Positions 1-9,381 of a DNA stretch of 55,013 nucleotides are shown here, in pieces. This DNA comes from a virus. Lineage: Duplodnaviria > Heunggongvirae > Uroviricota > Caudoviricetes. A model generated the notes under the pieces. The model made no database searches and was not told the DNA's origin. It was given only the letters and a program-made list of their open reading frames with translations. The translations under genes and the position numbers were made by a program. The stretch's first letter is position 1. Each line of letters begins with the position of its first letter. Location of the stretch: the IMG/VR virus record IMGVR_UViG_2880412407_000004; one strand, written 5' to 3'.

Positions 1-1074
1 TCATTTGTCGATTTCAATTTTGTCCCATTCCCGTCCACGGCTGTCCCTATACCGCGCCGCCATTAAATCTGATTTATGCCCGAGAAGACGTTGAGCAAAC
101 TTATCGCCAATCTGGTTCCGGTATAGCCTCGCTGACAGGCTACGCAGTTCATGGAATGTTGGCGGGTTTCCATCAAATGAGAGTCCAGATGCATTTCTCG
201 CCTTTGTAAAATACTTTGATACTGTTTTCGGGGAAAGCGGATCGTGATGCTTTGATGCGATTATAGTTTCACTGCTGCTGGCCTCCCTGCATTTCTGTAG
301 TGTATCAGCCAATGAGATATTGAGCGCGTCAATCGTTAGCGTTAGCGGAATGGCGAGTTTAGCCCCTGTTTTACTCTGTTCAATGTGAAGATGGTTGTCG
401 TTTATGTCTGACCATTTCATTCTGCACAAATCGCCGACTCTCTGCCCTGTAACGACGGCCAAATCCATCGCCAGCCTTAGCCAGATAGGGAGAGGTTCGG
501 CTGCATGGTAAATCTCGACATACTCATTAGCTGTCAGCCTTGAGCGCCTTACTTCTGACTTTGCTGTACGGGTTGCTGTTACCGGATTCGTTGCAACATG
601 CCCCTCGGCTATTGCTTCACGAAAAACGTCAACAAGGGTTGACCTGATTAATTTTGCGGAAGCTGCTTTACCTTCTGCCACGTAGGTGTTTAGCATTGCT
701 GCCACTTCTTTCGTTGATATGTCAGTGAGCGGTTTGTCCGGCAATTTTCTTCGGATTGCCCTGATTTTGCTGGCGTAGTCGAGTAGAGTTTTCGGCCTGA
801 TCCCTCTTTCGGTGAGGATTCTTTCATATCGGTCAAGCCACACATGAAGAGTGATTGCGTCACCGCCTTTAATTCTGTCTATCAGTGATTTGCGTCCGCT
901 GTCTGAGAGTAACTCAATATTGGCCTGTATTGCTTCAGTGATTGCTATCCTCCTGTCTCGGCCTAATCCAAACTCTTTACCCGTCCTTGGGTCCCTGTAG
1001 CAGTAATATCCATTGTTTCTTATATAAAGGTTAGGGGGTAAATCCCGGCGCTCATGACTTCGCCTTCTTCCCAT
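1..1074 (-). CDS. int: Tyrosine integrase, lambda Int-like
   Basis: 357-aa ORF; near-identical to lambda Int over full length as recalled (MGRRRSHERRDLPPNLYIRNNGYYCY..., C-terminal HELRSLSARLY...DKIEIDK); 23-nt overlap with xis as in lambda. Confidence 0.95.
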   Translation of the reverse strand: MGRRRSHERRDLPPNLYIRNNGYYCYRDPRTGKEFGLGRDRRIAITEAIQANIELLSDSGRKSLIDRIKGGDAITLHVWLDRYERILTERGIRPKTLLDYASKIRAIRRKLPDKPLTDISTKEVAAMLNTYVAEGKAASAKLIRSTLVDVFREAIAEGHVATNPVTATRTAKSEVRRSRLTANEYVEIYHAAEPLPIWLRLAMDLAVVTGQRVGDLCRMKWSDINDNHLHIEQSKTGAKLAIPLTLTIDALNISLADTLQKCREASSSETIIASKHHDPLSPKTVSKYFTKARNASGLSFDGNPPTFHELRSLSARLYRNQIGDKFAQRLLGHKSDLMAARYRDSRGREWDKIEIDK

Positions 1075-1270
1075 TTCTGATCCTCTTCAAAAGGCTACCT
1101 GTTACTGGTCGATTTAAGTCAACCTTTACCGCTGATTCGTGGAACAGATACTCTCTGCCATCCTTAACCGGAGGAGGGAATATCCTGCATTCGCGCACCC
1201 ATCGACGAACTGTTTCAAGGCTTCTTGGGCGTCGCTGGCGAGCGTTCCACTCCTGAAGTGTCAAGTACAT
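1052..1270 (-). CDS. xis: Excisionase Xis
   Basis: 72-aa ORF MYLTLQEWNARQRRPRSLETVRRWVRECRIFPPPVKDGREYLF... matches lambda Xis; overlaps int start. Confidence 0.95.
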   Translation of the reverse strand: MYLTLQEWNARQRRPRSLETVRRWVRECRIFPPPVKDGREYLFHESAVKVDLNRPVTGSLLKRIRNGKKAKS

Positions 1271-1565
1271 CGCAAAGTCTCCGCAATTACACGCAAGAAA
1301 AAACCGCCATCAGGCGGCTTGGTGTTCTTTCAGTTCTTCAATTCGAATATTGGTTACGTCTGCATGTGCTATCTGCGCCCACAGCATCCAGTGGTCATAG
1401 CAGTCGCTGATGTTCTCGGCTTCGATAACTCTGTTGAATGGTTCTCCATTCCATTCACCTGTAACTCGGAAGTGCATTTATCATCGCCATAAAACAAAAC
1501 TCGCCGTAGCGAGTTCAGATAAAAGAAATCCCCGCGAGTGCGAGGATAGTTACTTGTTCATATTA

Positions 1566-1865
1566 TTAATCGTCAATGTATTTTGAGCATTGTGGGCAAT
1601 CATCGATCCCACAATACGATTCATATGCATCCTTTATTGCGTCGCGGGCTTCAGTAAGAGTATTGAATAAGTTGCAGCTATTATCTTTTTGATATAGGTA
1701 AGTTCCTAATTTATAAGCAGAAGAAGCATCATTTCCGCTGTCTAAAATTACATCGTTATGGATTCTGCACCTTGCAAGAACTCCTGATCCCATAAGGGTC
1801 TGCATAGCCCATTGCTCTTGATCTTCACACAAATCATGAATGCTCATTTCAACACCTCTCTTCAC
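1566..1865 (-). CDS. Hypothetical small protein, Ea8.5-like by position and motif
   Basis: 99-aa ORF in lambda b-region position; Cys-rich C-terminus (CGIDDCPQCSKYIDD); likely true start at MSIHDL. Confidence 0.4.
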   Translation of the reverse strand: MKRGVEMSIHDLCEDQEQWAMQTLMGSGVLARCRIHNDVILDSGNDASSAYKLGTYLYQKDNSCNLFNTLTEARDAIKDAYESYCGIDDCPQCSKYIDD

Positions 1866-1961
1866 GTTTCACACACGTTAAGATTAACAGTGTTTTTACA
1901 TGCTTTGGAAGATTTATTTTATAAAAACTCTTTTAATACAAATAGATATAATAGTTCACTA

Positions 1962-2759
1962 TTATAGCTCCTTTAATCGAGGCGGTTCTGGTAGAGGCAT
2001 CCAGTGGGTTACACCGCCAATTGGCTCATCGTCGTCGTACTCCAATGCGGTTATATAGAACCCGTCACGACGAGAATAAGAAATCCCGGACATTACAATG
2101 CCATCCGAAACAACAATAATGTCACCCGTTTCTTTCGGCATTCGCTCACTACAGCTTATCCAACCATCCGGAGTCACCGGAAGCGAGAACGGCAGCACAT
2201 CTCTGTGAACAAGTTTTTGCTGTGACAGGTTATCCAGAACTTTCTGTACTGCTGCATCACCGAATACACCAAGCGCATCTGCCATAACTCCTACAACCTG
2301 ATAAGCCTCAGCGCATACCGTGGATAAACCATCCGGAATTACCGGAGAGTTGCCGGGTTCTTTAATGTGCAAGCGAGGCTCACCATCTTTTGGTTCAGGC
2401 CACTGGCGCTCCATGTTGATCTTCAATTTATCTTCCATAGCAGCGGTAATTTCAGCATCGCTGATGCCAGCACGGCGCTGTGCATCCCACAACAGGAAAT
2501 GCATATCAGCCCACTCGCTGAGATCGTCTGGTTCGGCTGCGGCTTCCAGAGCCTCTTTTGAGAGGTGTTTCAGTGGACCAATGGGGCCAACGCAGCCAAA
2601 TGTGGAGTCAGACCATTTGGCATGCTCGTGGCGAATCAGTTCGCGTTCCAGTGATGCCAGTGCAATTCGTGCCAGTTCCATTTGTTCGCCACGAGTAAGC
2701 CCGTTTTCAAGCGGATTTTTAATGAACAATTCAATACGTTCTTTGGTAATAGTGGTCAT
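1962..2759 (-). CDS. Hypothetical protein; N-terminal MazG-like NTP pyrophosphohydrolase-like helices, C-terminal DUF551-like tail
   Basis: 265-aa ORF; segment EWADMHFLLWDAQRRAGISDAEITAAMEDKLKIN resembles MazG-type all-alpha NTP-PPase; C-terminal GGVTHWMPLPEPP resembles DUF551. Confidence 0.35.
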   Translation of the reverse strand: MTTITKERIELFIKNPLENGLTRGEQMELARIALASLERELIRHEHAKWSDSTFGCVGPIGPLKHLSKEALEAAAEPDDLSEWADMHFLLWDAQRRAGISDAEITAAMEDKLKINMERQWPEPKDGEPRLHIKEPGNSPVIPDGLSTVCAEAYQVVGVMADALGVFGDAAVQKVLDNLSQQKLVHRDVLPFSLPVTPDGWISCSERMPKETGDIIVVSDGIVMSGISYSRRDGFYITALEYDDDEPIGGVTHWMPLPEPPRLKEL

Positions 2760-2769
2760 TTGTTAGTCC

Positions 2770-3525
2770 TTAAACTGCTAGTTGCAATTGCATTTCAAAG
2801 CGGTCGCGTTGTTCACAATACGCAAGAGAACCAGGGCTATTGTGTGCCTCAATCCGTTCTACCATTAATGCTGCGCGTGTCTCTTTACTTGCAGGTGCAT
2901 AAGCCCCAGACCAGGCTTTATCAATACCGATGTTTCGAGCGACGTTCGTACTATCTGCGCTGGCTAAGGGTAATTTTGTGAATATCAGCGGATTTAACAT
3001 GCGCAATCCATGTAGTTTCGTAACCGGCTGACCATGCCCATCAACAATGTGACGAATCAGGTCTTTCATTCTGGCTACCGCAAGAGTTGGGCGCTTTACG
3101 TCATAGTCGCCACAACTACCGATAGCCACTCGCGGAAACTCATTGCACAAATGAATAAATCGCTCGTCACTTTCATTCATGTGCCACACTGGAACGCCAG
3201 CTAGTTTTCCGTGAGGCCACTCATTCAGAAGCGCATCATTTTCCTCCTCTCCGCCATCAATAACATCCGGGATAATGGCAAAATCTAATCCTGGGTGATT
3301 CTTCCAGCGAGCAACAAACTCGTAGTAATCGCTCCAGTCGATTTTGTTTTTGCCAGCTGCTTTCCAGGCGGTGAATGCACCGTTGTCCAGCGCGAACGAC
3401 TGACAGTATTCAGCCGCGAGATTGATCTGGCCTGAATGCGCAAAACTGATAAACGCATGTCGCCCTTTCCATGCTCTCATTGCGCACGTATCAGGAGTAA
3501 TAGGCCCACCGTGGTAGTGAATCAT
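2770..3525 (-). CDS. TGT-fold protein (tRNA-guanine transglycosylase / DpdA-like), tentative
   Basis: Likely start MIHYHGG at 3525; motif FALDNGAFTAW resembles the TGT-family DSGGF motif; further acidic motifs (IIPDVIDGGEEE, AIGSCGDYD). Confidence 0.3.
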   Translation of the reverse strand: MIHYHGGPITPDTCAMRAWKGRHAFISFAHSGQINLAAEYCQSFALDNGAFTAWKAAGKNKIDWSDYYEFVARWKNHPGLDFAIIPDVIDGGEEENDALLNEWPHGKLAGVPVWHMNESDERFIHLCNEFPRVAIGSCGDYDVKRPTLAVARMKDLIRHIVDGHGQPVTKLHGLRMLNPLIFTKLPLASADSTNVARNIGIDKAWSGAYAPASKETRAALMVERIEAHNSPGSLAYCEQRDRFEMQLQLAV

Positions 3526-3526
3526 C

Positions 3527-3934
3527 TCACTCTCCTTTGATGCGAATGCCAGTAGCGCGGATTGCATCGATGACTTCAGAAACTTTGTATGCCATTACCG
3601 TTTGGTAATCATCGTGAAAATCTGTTCGATGAAGCATGCTGCTACGTTCCGGGAGCAGTATTTCCCGCGCTTCCAGTTCTGCAATGCGCTTTTTTGCTGC
3701 TTCCAGTTCATCCAGTAATTCCAGCACGGTAGCCGGATTAGCCTTGGCAACAAAATCCCGGACTGGCTTACAATCAATCTCCGCAATGGGTTGATACGAT
3801 GTGTAGCCATGCTGTCTTGTATAACTACCGTGACGAATAACGAAAAAATCACCATTTATTTTTTTAGCCTGCCACTTATCTTCACCGGCTTTCTCTGCCG
3901 CTTCACGCAGTGCCTGAGAGTTAATTTCGCTCAC
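3527..3934 (-). CDS. Hypothetical protein (Ead/Ea22-like early-region protein)
   Basis: 135-aa ORF co-oriented in leftward early operon; coiled-coil segment LELLDELEAAKKRIAELEARE. Confidence 0.4.
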   Translation of the reverse strand: MSEINSQALREAAEKAGEDKWQAKKINGDFFVIRHGSYTRQHGYTSYQPIAEIDCKPVRDFVAKANPATVLELLDELEAAKKRIAELEAREILLPERSSMLHRTDFHDDYQTVMAYKVSEVIDAIRATGIRIKGE

Positions 3935-4152
3935 TTCGAACCTCTCTGTTTACTGATAAGCTCCAGATCCTCCTGGCAACTTGCACAAGTCCGACAACCC
4001 TGAACGACCAGGCGTCTTCGTTCATCTATGGGATCGCCACACTCACAACAATGAGTTGCGGATACAGTCTGGTAGTTCAGACGACGCATTTTTATTGCTG
4101 TATTGCGCTGTAATTCTTCGATTTCTGATGCTGAATCAATGATGTCTGCCAT
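3931..4152 (-). CDS. DksA/TraR-type C4 zinc-finger protein
   Basis: 73-aa ORF with CCECGDPIDERRRLVVQGCRTCASCQ (CxxC...CxxC) typical of TraR/DksA zinc finger. Confidence 0.5.
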   Translation of the reverse strand: MADIIDSASEIEELQRNTAIKMRRLNYQTVSATHCCECGDPIDERRRLVVQGCRTCASCQEDLELISKQRGSK

Positions 4153-4250
4153 CTTTCATTAATCCCTGAATTGTTGGTTAATACGCTTGAGGGTAAATGC
4201 GAATAATAAAAAAGGAGCCTGTAGCTCCCTGATGATTTTGCTTTTCATGT

Positions 4251-4466
4251 TCACCGTTCCTTAAAGACGCCGTTCAACATGCCGATCGCCAGGCTTAAAT
4301 GAGTCGGTGTGAATCCCATCAGCGTTACCGTTTCGCGGTGCTTCTTCAGTACGCTACGGCAAATGTCATCGACGTTTTTATCCGGAAAATGCTGTCTGGC
4401 TTTTTTGATTTCAGAATTAGCCTGACGGGCAATGCTGCGAAGGGCGTTTTCCTGCTGAGGTGTCAT
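4251..4466 (-). CDS. Hypothetical small early protein
   Basis: ORF 4251..4562; probable start MTPQQENALRSIARQANSEIKKARQHF; lambda b-region-like small ORF. Confidence 0.35.
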   Translation of the reverse strand: MTPQQENALRSIARQANSEIKKARQHFPDKNVDDICRSVLKKHRETVTLMGFTPTHLSLAIGMLNGVFKER

Positions 4467-4542
4467 TGAACAAGCCCCATGTCGGCAAGCATAAGCACAC
4501 AGAATATGAAGCCCGCTGCCAGAAAAATGCATTTCGTGGTTG

Positions 4543-4734
4543 TCATACCTGGTCTCTCTCATCTGCTTCTGCTTTCGCCACCATCATTTCCAGCTTTTGT
4601 GAAAGGGATGCGGCTAACGTATGAAATTCTTCGTCTGTTTCTACTGGTATTGGCACAAACCTGACTCCAATTTGAGCGAGGCTATGTGCCATCCCGATAC
4701 TCGTTCTTAATTCAACAGGAGATGCTTTGTGCAT
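4543..4734 (-). CDS. Hypothetical small protein (lambda orf63-like)
   Basis: 63-aa ORF in the lambda orf63 position upstream of orf60a/exo. Confidence 0.4.
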   Translation of the reverse strand: MHKASPVELRTSIGMAHSLAQIGVRFVPIPVETDEEFHTLAASLSQKLEMMVAKAEADERDQV

Positions 4735-4889
4735 ACAGTCCCTCGTTTATTATTTATCTCTTCAGCCAGCCGCTGTGCTTTCAGTGGATTTCGGATAACA
4801 GAAAGGCCGGGAAATACCCAGCCTCGCTTTGTAACGGAGTAGACGAAAGTTATCGTGCCTACCCGGATATTATCGTGAGGATGCTTCAT
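4707..4889 (-). CDS. Hypothetical small protein (lambda orf60a-like)
   Basis: 60 aa from [11 protein letters not shown]...; immediately downstream of exo as lambda orf60a. Confidence 0.4.
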   Translation of the reverse strand: MKHPHDNIRVGTITFVYSVTKRGWVFPGLSVIRNPLKAQRLAEEINNKRGTVCTKHLLLN

Positions 4890-5566
4890 TACCATTGCTC
4901 CCCATATACAAAACCAATTTCAGCCAGTGCCTCGTCCATTTTTTCGATGAACTCCGGCACCATCTCGTCAAAACTCGCCATGTACTTTTCATTCCGCTCA
5001 ATCACGACATAATGCAGGCCTTCACGCTTCATGCGCGGGTCATAGTTGGCAAAGTACCAGGCATCTTTTCGTGTCACCCACATGCTGTACTGCACCTGGG
5101 CCATGTAAGCCGATTTTATGGCCTCGAAACCACCGAGCCGGAACTTCATGAAATCCCGGGAGGTAAACGGGCATTTCAGCTCAAGGCCGTTGCCGTCACT
5201 GCATAAACCATCGGGAGAGCAGGCGGTGCGCATACTTTCGTCGCGATAGATGATCGGGGATTCAGTAACATTCACGCCGGAAGTGAACTCAAAGAGGGTT
5301 CTGGCGTCGTTCTCGTACTGTTTTCCCCAGGCCAGAGCCTTAGCGTTAACTTCCGGAGCCACACCGGTGCAAACCTCAGCCAGCAGGGTGTGGAAGTAGG
5401 ACATTTTCATGTCAGGCCACTTCTTTCCTGATCGGGGTTTTGCTATTACGTTGTGAATTTCTGAAGCTGTGATGACGCCGAGCCGTAATTTGTGCCACGC
5501 ATCATCCCCCTGTTCGACAGCTCTCACGTCGATCCCGGTACGCTGCAGGATAATGTCCGGTGTCAT
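4889..5566 (-). CDS. exo: Lambda exonuclease (Red alpha)
   Basis: 225-aa [39 protein letters not shown]... matches lambda Exo. Confidence 0.95.
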   Translation of the reverse strand: MTPDIILQRTGIDVRAVEQGDDAWHKLRLGVITASEIHNVIAKPRSGKKWPDMKMSYFHTLLAEVCTGVAPEVNAKALAWGKQYENDARTLFEFTSGVNVTESPIIYRDESMRTACSPDGLCSDGNGLELKCPFTSRDFMKFRLGGFEAIKSAYMAQVQYSMWVTRKDAWYFANYDPRMKREGLHYVVIERNEKYMASFDEMVPEFIEKMDEALAEIGFVYGEQW

Positions 5567-6348
5567 GCAGCCACCTTCTGTTCAGAGGCTTTCTGTTTCA
5601 GGAATCCAAGAGCTTTCACTGCTTCGGCCTGTGTCAGTTCTGACGATGCGCGAATGTCGCGGCGAAATATCTGGGAACAGAGCGGCAATAAGTCGTCATC
5701 CCATGTTTTGTCCAGGGCAATCAGCAGAGTGTTAATCTCCTGCATGGTTTCATCGTTAACCGGAGTGATGTCGCGTTCCGGCTGACGTTCTGCAGTGTAT
5801 GCGGTATTTTCGACAATGCGCTCGGCTTCATCCTTGTCATAGATACCCGCAAATCCGAAGGCCAGACGGGCACACTGAATCATGGCTTTATGCCGTAACA
5901 TCCGTTTGGGATGCGACTGCCACGGCCCCGTAATTTCTCTGCCTTCGCGGGTTTTGAATGGTTCGCGACGGCATTCATCCATCCACTCGGTAACGCAGAT
6001 CGGATGATTACGGTCCTTGCGGTAAATCCGGCATGTACAGGATTCATTGTCCTGCTCAAAGTCCATGCCATCAAACTGCTGGTTTTCATTGATGATGCGG
6101 GACCAGCCATCAACGCCCACCACCGGAACGATGCCATTCTGCTTATCAGGAAAGGCGTAAATTTCTTTCGTCCACGGATTAAGGCCGTACTGGTTGGCAA
6201 CGATCAGTAATGCGATGAACTGCGCATCGCTGGCATCACCTTTAAATGCCGTCTGGCGAAGAGTGGTGATCAGTTCCTGTGGGTCGACAGAATCCATGCC
6301 GACACGTTCAGCCAGCTTCCCAGCCAGCGTTGCGAGTGCTGTACTCAT
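5563..6348 (-). CDS. bet: Recombination protein Bet (Red beta)
   Basis: 261-aa [51 protein letters not shown]... matches lambda Bet. Confidence 0.95.
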   Translation of the reverse strand: MSTALATLAGKLAERVGMDSVDPQELITTLRQTAFKGDASDAQFIALLIVANQYGLNPWTKEIYAFPDKQNGIVPVVGVDGWSRIINENQQFDGMDFEQDNESCTCRIYRKDRNHPICVTEWMDECRREPFKTREGREITGPWQSHPKRMLRHKAMIQCARLAFGFAGIYDKDEAERIVENTAYTAERQPERDITPVNDETMQEINTLLIALDKTWDDDLLPLCSQIFRRDIRASSELTQAEAVKALGFLKQKASEQKVAA

Positions 6349-6353
6349 CCGTT

Positions 6354-6650
6354 TTATACCTCTGAATCAATATCAACCTGGTGGTGAGCAATGGTTTCAA
6401 CCATGTACCGGATGTGTTCTGCCATGCGCTCCTGAAACTCAACATCGTCATCAAACGCACGGGTAATGGCTTTTTTGCTGGCCCCGTGGCGTTGCAAATG
6501 ATCGATGCATAGCGATTCAAACAGGTGCTGGGGCAGGCCTTTTTCCATGTCGTCTGCCAGTTCTGCCTCTTTCTCTTCACGGGCGATCTGCTGGTAGTGA
6601 CGCGCCCAGCTCTGAGCCTCAAGACGATCCTGAATGTAATAAGCGTTCAT
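6354..6650 (-). CDS. gam: Gam, RecBCD inhibitor
   Basis: 98-aa [24 protein letters not shown]... matches the short form of lambda Gam. Confidence 0.95.
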   Translation of the reverse strand: MNAYYIQDRLEAQSWARHYQQIAREEKEAELADDMEKGLPQHLFESLCIDHLQRHGASKKAITRAFDDDVEFQERMAEHIRYMVETIAHHQVDIDSEV

Positions 6651-6704
6651 GGCTGAACTCCTGAAAATGGCTGTGAAAATATCGCCCGCGAAATGCCAGG
6701 CTGA

Positions 6705-6869
6705 TTAGGAAAACAGGAAAGGGGGGTAGTGAATGCTTTTGCTTGATCTCAGTTTCTGTATTAATATCCATTTTTTATAAGCGTCGACGGCCTCACGAAA
6801 CATCTTTTCATCGCCAATAAAAGTGGCGATAGTGAATTTAGTCTGGATAGCAATAATTGTTTGATCCAT
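6705..6869 (-). CDS. kil: Kil (host-killing, FtsZ inhibitor)
   Basis: C-terminal part of 96-aa [41 protein letters not shown]... resembles lambda Kil; overlaps cIII as in lambda. Confidence 0.6.
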   Translation of the reverse strand: MDQTIIAIQTKFTIATFIGDEKMFREAVDAYKKWILIQKLRSSKSIHYPPFLFS

Positions 6870-7002
6870 TTTTCGGGACTCCTGGCTGATTAAGTATGTC
6901 GATAAGGCGTTTCCATCCGTCACGTAATTTACGGGTAATTCGTTCAAGTAAAGATTCGGAAGGGCAGCCAGCAACAGGCCACCCTGCAATGGCATATTGC
7001 AT
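6838..7002 (-). CDS. cIII: CIII (protease inhibitor stabilising CII)
   Basis: Hand translation of the reverse strand gives [47 protein letters not shown]..., matching lambda CIII; below the 60-aa ORF-track cutoff. Confidence 0.8.
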   Translation of the reverse strand: MQYAIAGWPVAGCPSESLLERITRKLRDGWKRLIDILNQPGVPKNGSNNYCYPD

Positions 7003-7074
7003 GGTGTGCTCCTTATTTATACATAACGAAAAACGCCTCGAGTGAAGCGTAATTGGTATGCGGTAACGCCGCGC

Positions 7075-7443
7075 TCAGGCGGCTTTGATAGTCATATCAT
7101 CTGGATCAAATATTCCTGATGTATCGATATCGGTAATTCTTATTCCTTCGCTACCATCCATTGGAGGCCATCCTTCCTGACCATTTCCATCATTCCAGTC
7201 GAACTCACACACAACACCATATGCATTTAAGTCTTTCGAAATTGCTATAAGCAGAACATGTTGCGCCAGCATGATTAATACAGCATTTAATAAAGAGCCG
7301 TGTTTATTTAGTCGGTATTCAGAGTCTGACCAGAAATTATTAATCTGGTGAAGTTTTTCCTCTGTCATTACGTCATGGTCGATTTCAATTTCTATTGATG
7401 CTTTCCAGTCGTAATCAATGATGTATTTTTTGATGTTTGGCAT
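7075..7443 (-). CDS. ea10: Ea10-like early protein
   Basis: 122-aa ORF at the lambda ea10 position between cIII and ral, same length as lambda Ea10. Confidence 0.55.
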   Translation of the reverse strand: MPNIKKYIIDYDWKASIEIEIDHDVMTEEKLHQINNFWSDSEYRLNKHGSLLNAVLIMLAQHVLLIAISKDLNAYGVVCEFDWNDGNGQEGWPPMDGSEGIRITDIDTSGIFDPDDMTIKAA

Positions 7444-7628
7444 CTGTTCATATCCTCACAGATAAAAAATCGCCCTCACATTGGAGGAGGGCAAAGAAGA
7501 TTTCCAATAATCAGAACAAGTCGGCTCCTGTTTAGTTACGAGCGACATTGCTCCGTGTATTCACTCGTTGGAATGAATACACAGTGCAGTGTTTATTCTG
7601 TTATTTATGCCAAAAATAAAGGCCACTA

Positions 7629-7829
7629 TCAGGCAGCTTTGTTGTTCTGTTTACCAAGTTCTCTGGCAATCATTGCCGTCGTTCGTATTGCCCATTTATC
7701 GACATATTTCCCATCTTCCATTACAGGAAACATTTCTTCAGGCTTAACCATGCATTCCGATTGCAGCTTGCATCCATTGCATCGCTTGAATTGTCCACAC
7801 CATTGATTTTTATCAATAGTCGTAGTCAT
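7629..7829 (-). CDS. ral: Ral, restriction alleviation protein
   Basis: 66-aa ORF MTTTIDKNQWCGQFKRCNGCKLQSECMVKPEEMFPVMEDGKYVDKW... matches lambda Ral in length and sequence. Confidence 0.8.
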   Translation of the reverse strand: MTTTIDKNQWCGQFKRCNGCKLQSECMVKPEEMFPVMEDGKYVDKWAIRTTAMIARELGKQNNKAA

Positions 7830-8023
7830 AAGGATAGTCCTGGTATTGTTCCATCACATCCTGAGGATGCTCTTCGAACTCTTCAAATTCTTCTTCCATA
7901 TATCACCTTAAATAGTGGATTGCGGTAGTAAAGATTGTGCCTGTCTTTTAACCACATCAGGCTCGGTGGTTCTCGTGTACCCCTACAGCGAGAAATCGGA
8001 TAAACTATTACAACCCCTACAGT

Positions 8024-8521
8024 TTGATGAGTATAGAAATGGATCTACTCGTTATTCTCGGACGAGTGTTCAGTAATGAACCTCTGGAGAGAACCATGTA
8101 TATGATCGTTATCTGGGTTGGACTTCTGCTTTTAAGCCCAGATAACTGGCCTGAATATGTTAATGAGAGAATCGGTATTCCTCATGTGTGGCATGTTTTC
8201 GTCTTTGCTCTTGCATTTTCGCTAGCAATTAATGTGCATCGATTATCAGCTATTGCCAGCGCCAGATATAAGCGATTTAAGCTAAGAAAACGCATGAAGA
8301 TGCAAAACGATAAAGTGCGATCAGTAATTCAAAACCTTACAGAAGAGCAATCTATGGTTTTGTGCGCAGCCCTTAATGAAGGCAGGAAGTATGTGGTTAC
8401 ATCAAAACAATTCCCATACATTAGTGAGTTGATTGAGCTTGGTGTGTTGAACAAAACTTTTCCCGATGGAACGGGAAGCATATATTATTCCCTATTGAGG
8501 ATATTTACTGGACTGAATTAG
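8024..8521 (+). CDS. sieB: Superinfection exclusion protein SieB
   Basis: 165-aa hydrophobic ORF on + strand between ral and N, the lambda sieB position and orientation. Confidence 0.65.
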   Translation: MMSIEMDLLVILGRVFSNEPLERTMYMIVIWVGLLLLSPDNWPEYVNERIGIPHVWHVFVFALAFSLAINVHRLSAIASARYKRFKLRKRMKMQNDKVRSVIQNLTEEQSMVLCAALNEGRKYVVTSKQFPYISELIELGVLNKTFPDGTGSIYYSLLRIFTGLN

Positions 8522-8577
8522 TTGCCAGCTATGATCCATATAATATTGAGATAAAGCCAAGGCCAATATCTAAGTAA

Positions 8578-8901
8578 CTAGGTAAGAGGAATCGATTTTC
8601 CCTTAATTTTCTGGCGTCCACTGCATGTTATGCCGCGTTCGCCAGGCTTGCTGTACCATGTGCGCTGATTCTTGCGCTCAATACGTTGCAGGTTGCTTTC
8701 AATCTGTTCGTGGTATTCAGCCAGCACTGTAAGGTCTATCGGATTTAGTGCGCTTTCTACTCGTGATTTCGGTTTGCGATTCAGCGAGAGAATAGGGCGG
8801 TTAACTGGTTTTGCGCTTACCCCAACCAACAGGGGATTTGCTGCTTTCCATTGAGCCTGTTTCTCTGCGCGACGTTCGCGGCGGCGTGTTTGTGCATCCA
8901 T
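8578..8901 (-). CDS. N: Antitermination protein N
   Basis: MDAQTRRRERRAEKQAQWKAANPLLVGVSAKPVNRPILSLNRKPKSRVESALNPIDLTVLAEYH... (107 aa) matches lambda N; ORF-track entry 8578..9033 begins upstream of the true start. Confidence 0.95.
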   Translation of the reverse strand: MDAQTRRRERRAEKQAQWKAANPLLVGVSAKPVNRPILSLNRKPKSRVESALNPIDLTVLAEYHEQIESNLQRIERKNQRTWYSKPGERGITCSGRQKIKGKSIPLT

Positions 8902-9059
8902 CTGGATTCTCCTGTTAGTTAGCTTTGGTTGTGTGTGGGAGTCGTAGTCCTGAACGAAAACACCCCGCAATGGCACATTGGCAGCTAATCCGGATTCGCA
9001 CTTCCGGCCAATGCTTCGTTTCGTATCACACACACCAAAGCCTTCTGCTTTGAATGCTG

Positions 9060-9090
9060 CCCTTCTTCAGGGCTTAATTTTTAAGAGCAT
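9060..9090 (-). promoter_or_regulatory. nutL (boxB hairpin GCCCTGAAGAAGGGC plus boxA-like TGCTCTTAA)
   Basis: Reverse complement of 9060-9074 is the lambda nutL boxB sequence; boxA-like element at 9082-9090. Confidence 0.65.
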
Positions 9091-9119
9091 CACCTTCATG
9101 GTGGTTAGTGCGTCCTGCT

Positions 9120-9195
9120 GATGCGCTTAGTATCACCGCTAGTGGTATTTGTGTCAACACCGCCAGAGATAATTTATCACCGCAGATGGTTATCT
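9120..9195 (-). promoter_or_regulatory. pL promoter with OL1-OL3 operators
   Basis: Three 17-bp TATCACCGC / ACACCGC operator-type sites (9131-9147, 9155-9171, 9174-9191); -35 TTGACA and -10 GATACT on the minus strand. Confidence 0.75.
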
Positions 9196-9352
9196 GTATG
9201 TTTTTTATATAGATTTATTTTTTGCAGGGTTGTGTGGCTTGGGAGGTGATCGAGAGATCAGAATTGCGTTGTTTAGTGAGTTGCACCTATTAATTTTAAA
9301 ATAAATACAATTGGTTATGTGTTCTTAGGTGGGGCGATCGTGAGGCAAAGAA

Positions 9353-9378
9353 AACCCGGCTCAGTAGCCGGGTTGATG
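9353..9378 (-). terminator. Putative intrinsic terminator downstream of the NYN gene
   Basis: On the minus strand ACCCGGCT-ACTG-AGCCGGGT hairpin followed by a T-rich run, between the NYN gene stop and OL. Confidence 0.4.
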
Positions 9379-9381
9379 GGA

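Noticed and set aside
1139-1492. 117-aa and 61-aa + strand ORFs overlapping xis
   Set aside because: Antisense to xis and the xis-ea8.5 intergenic region; no start context or homology
8672-8854. 60-aa + strand ORF inside N
   Set aside because: Antisense to the well-supported N gene
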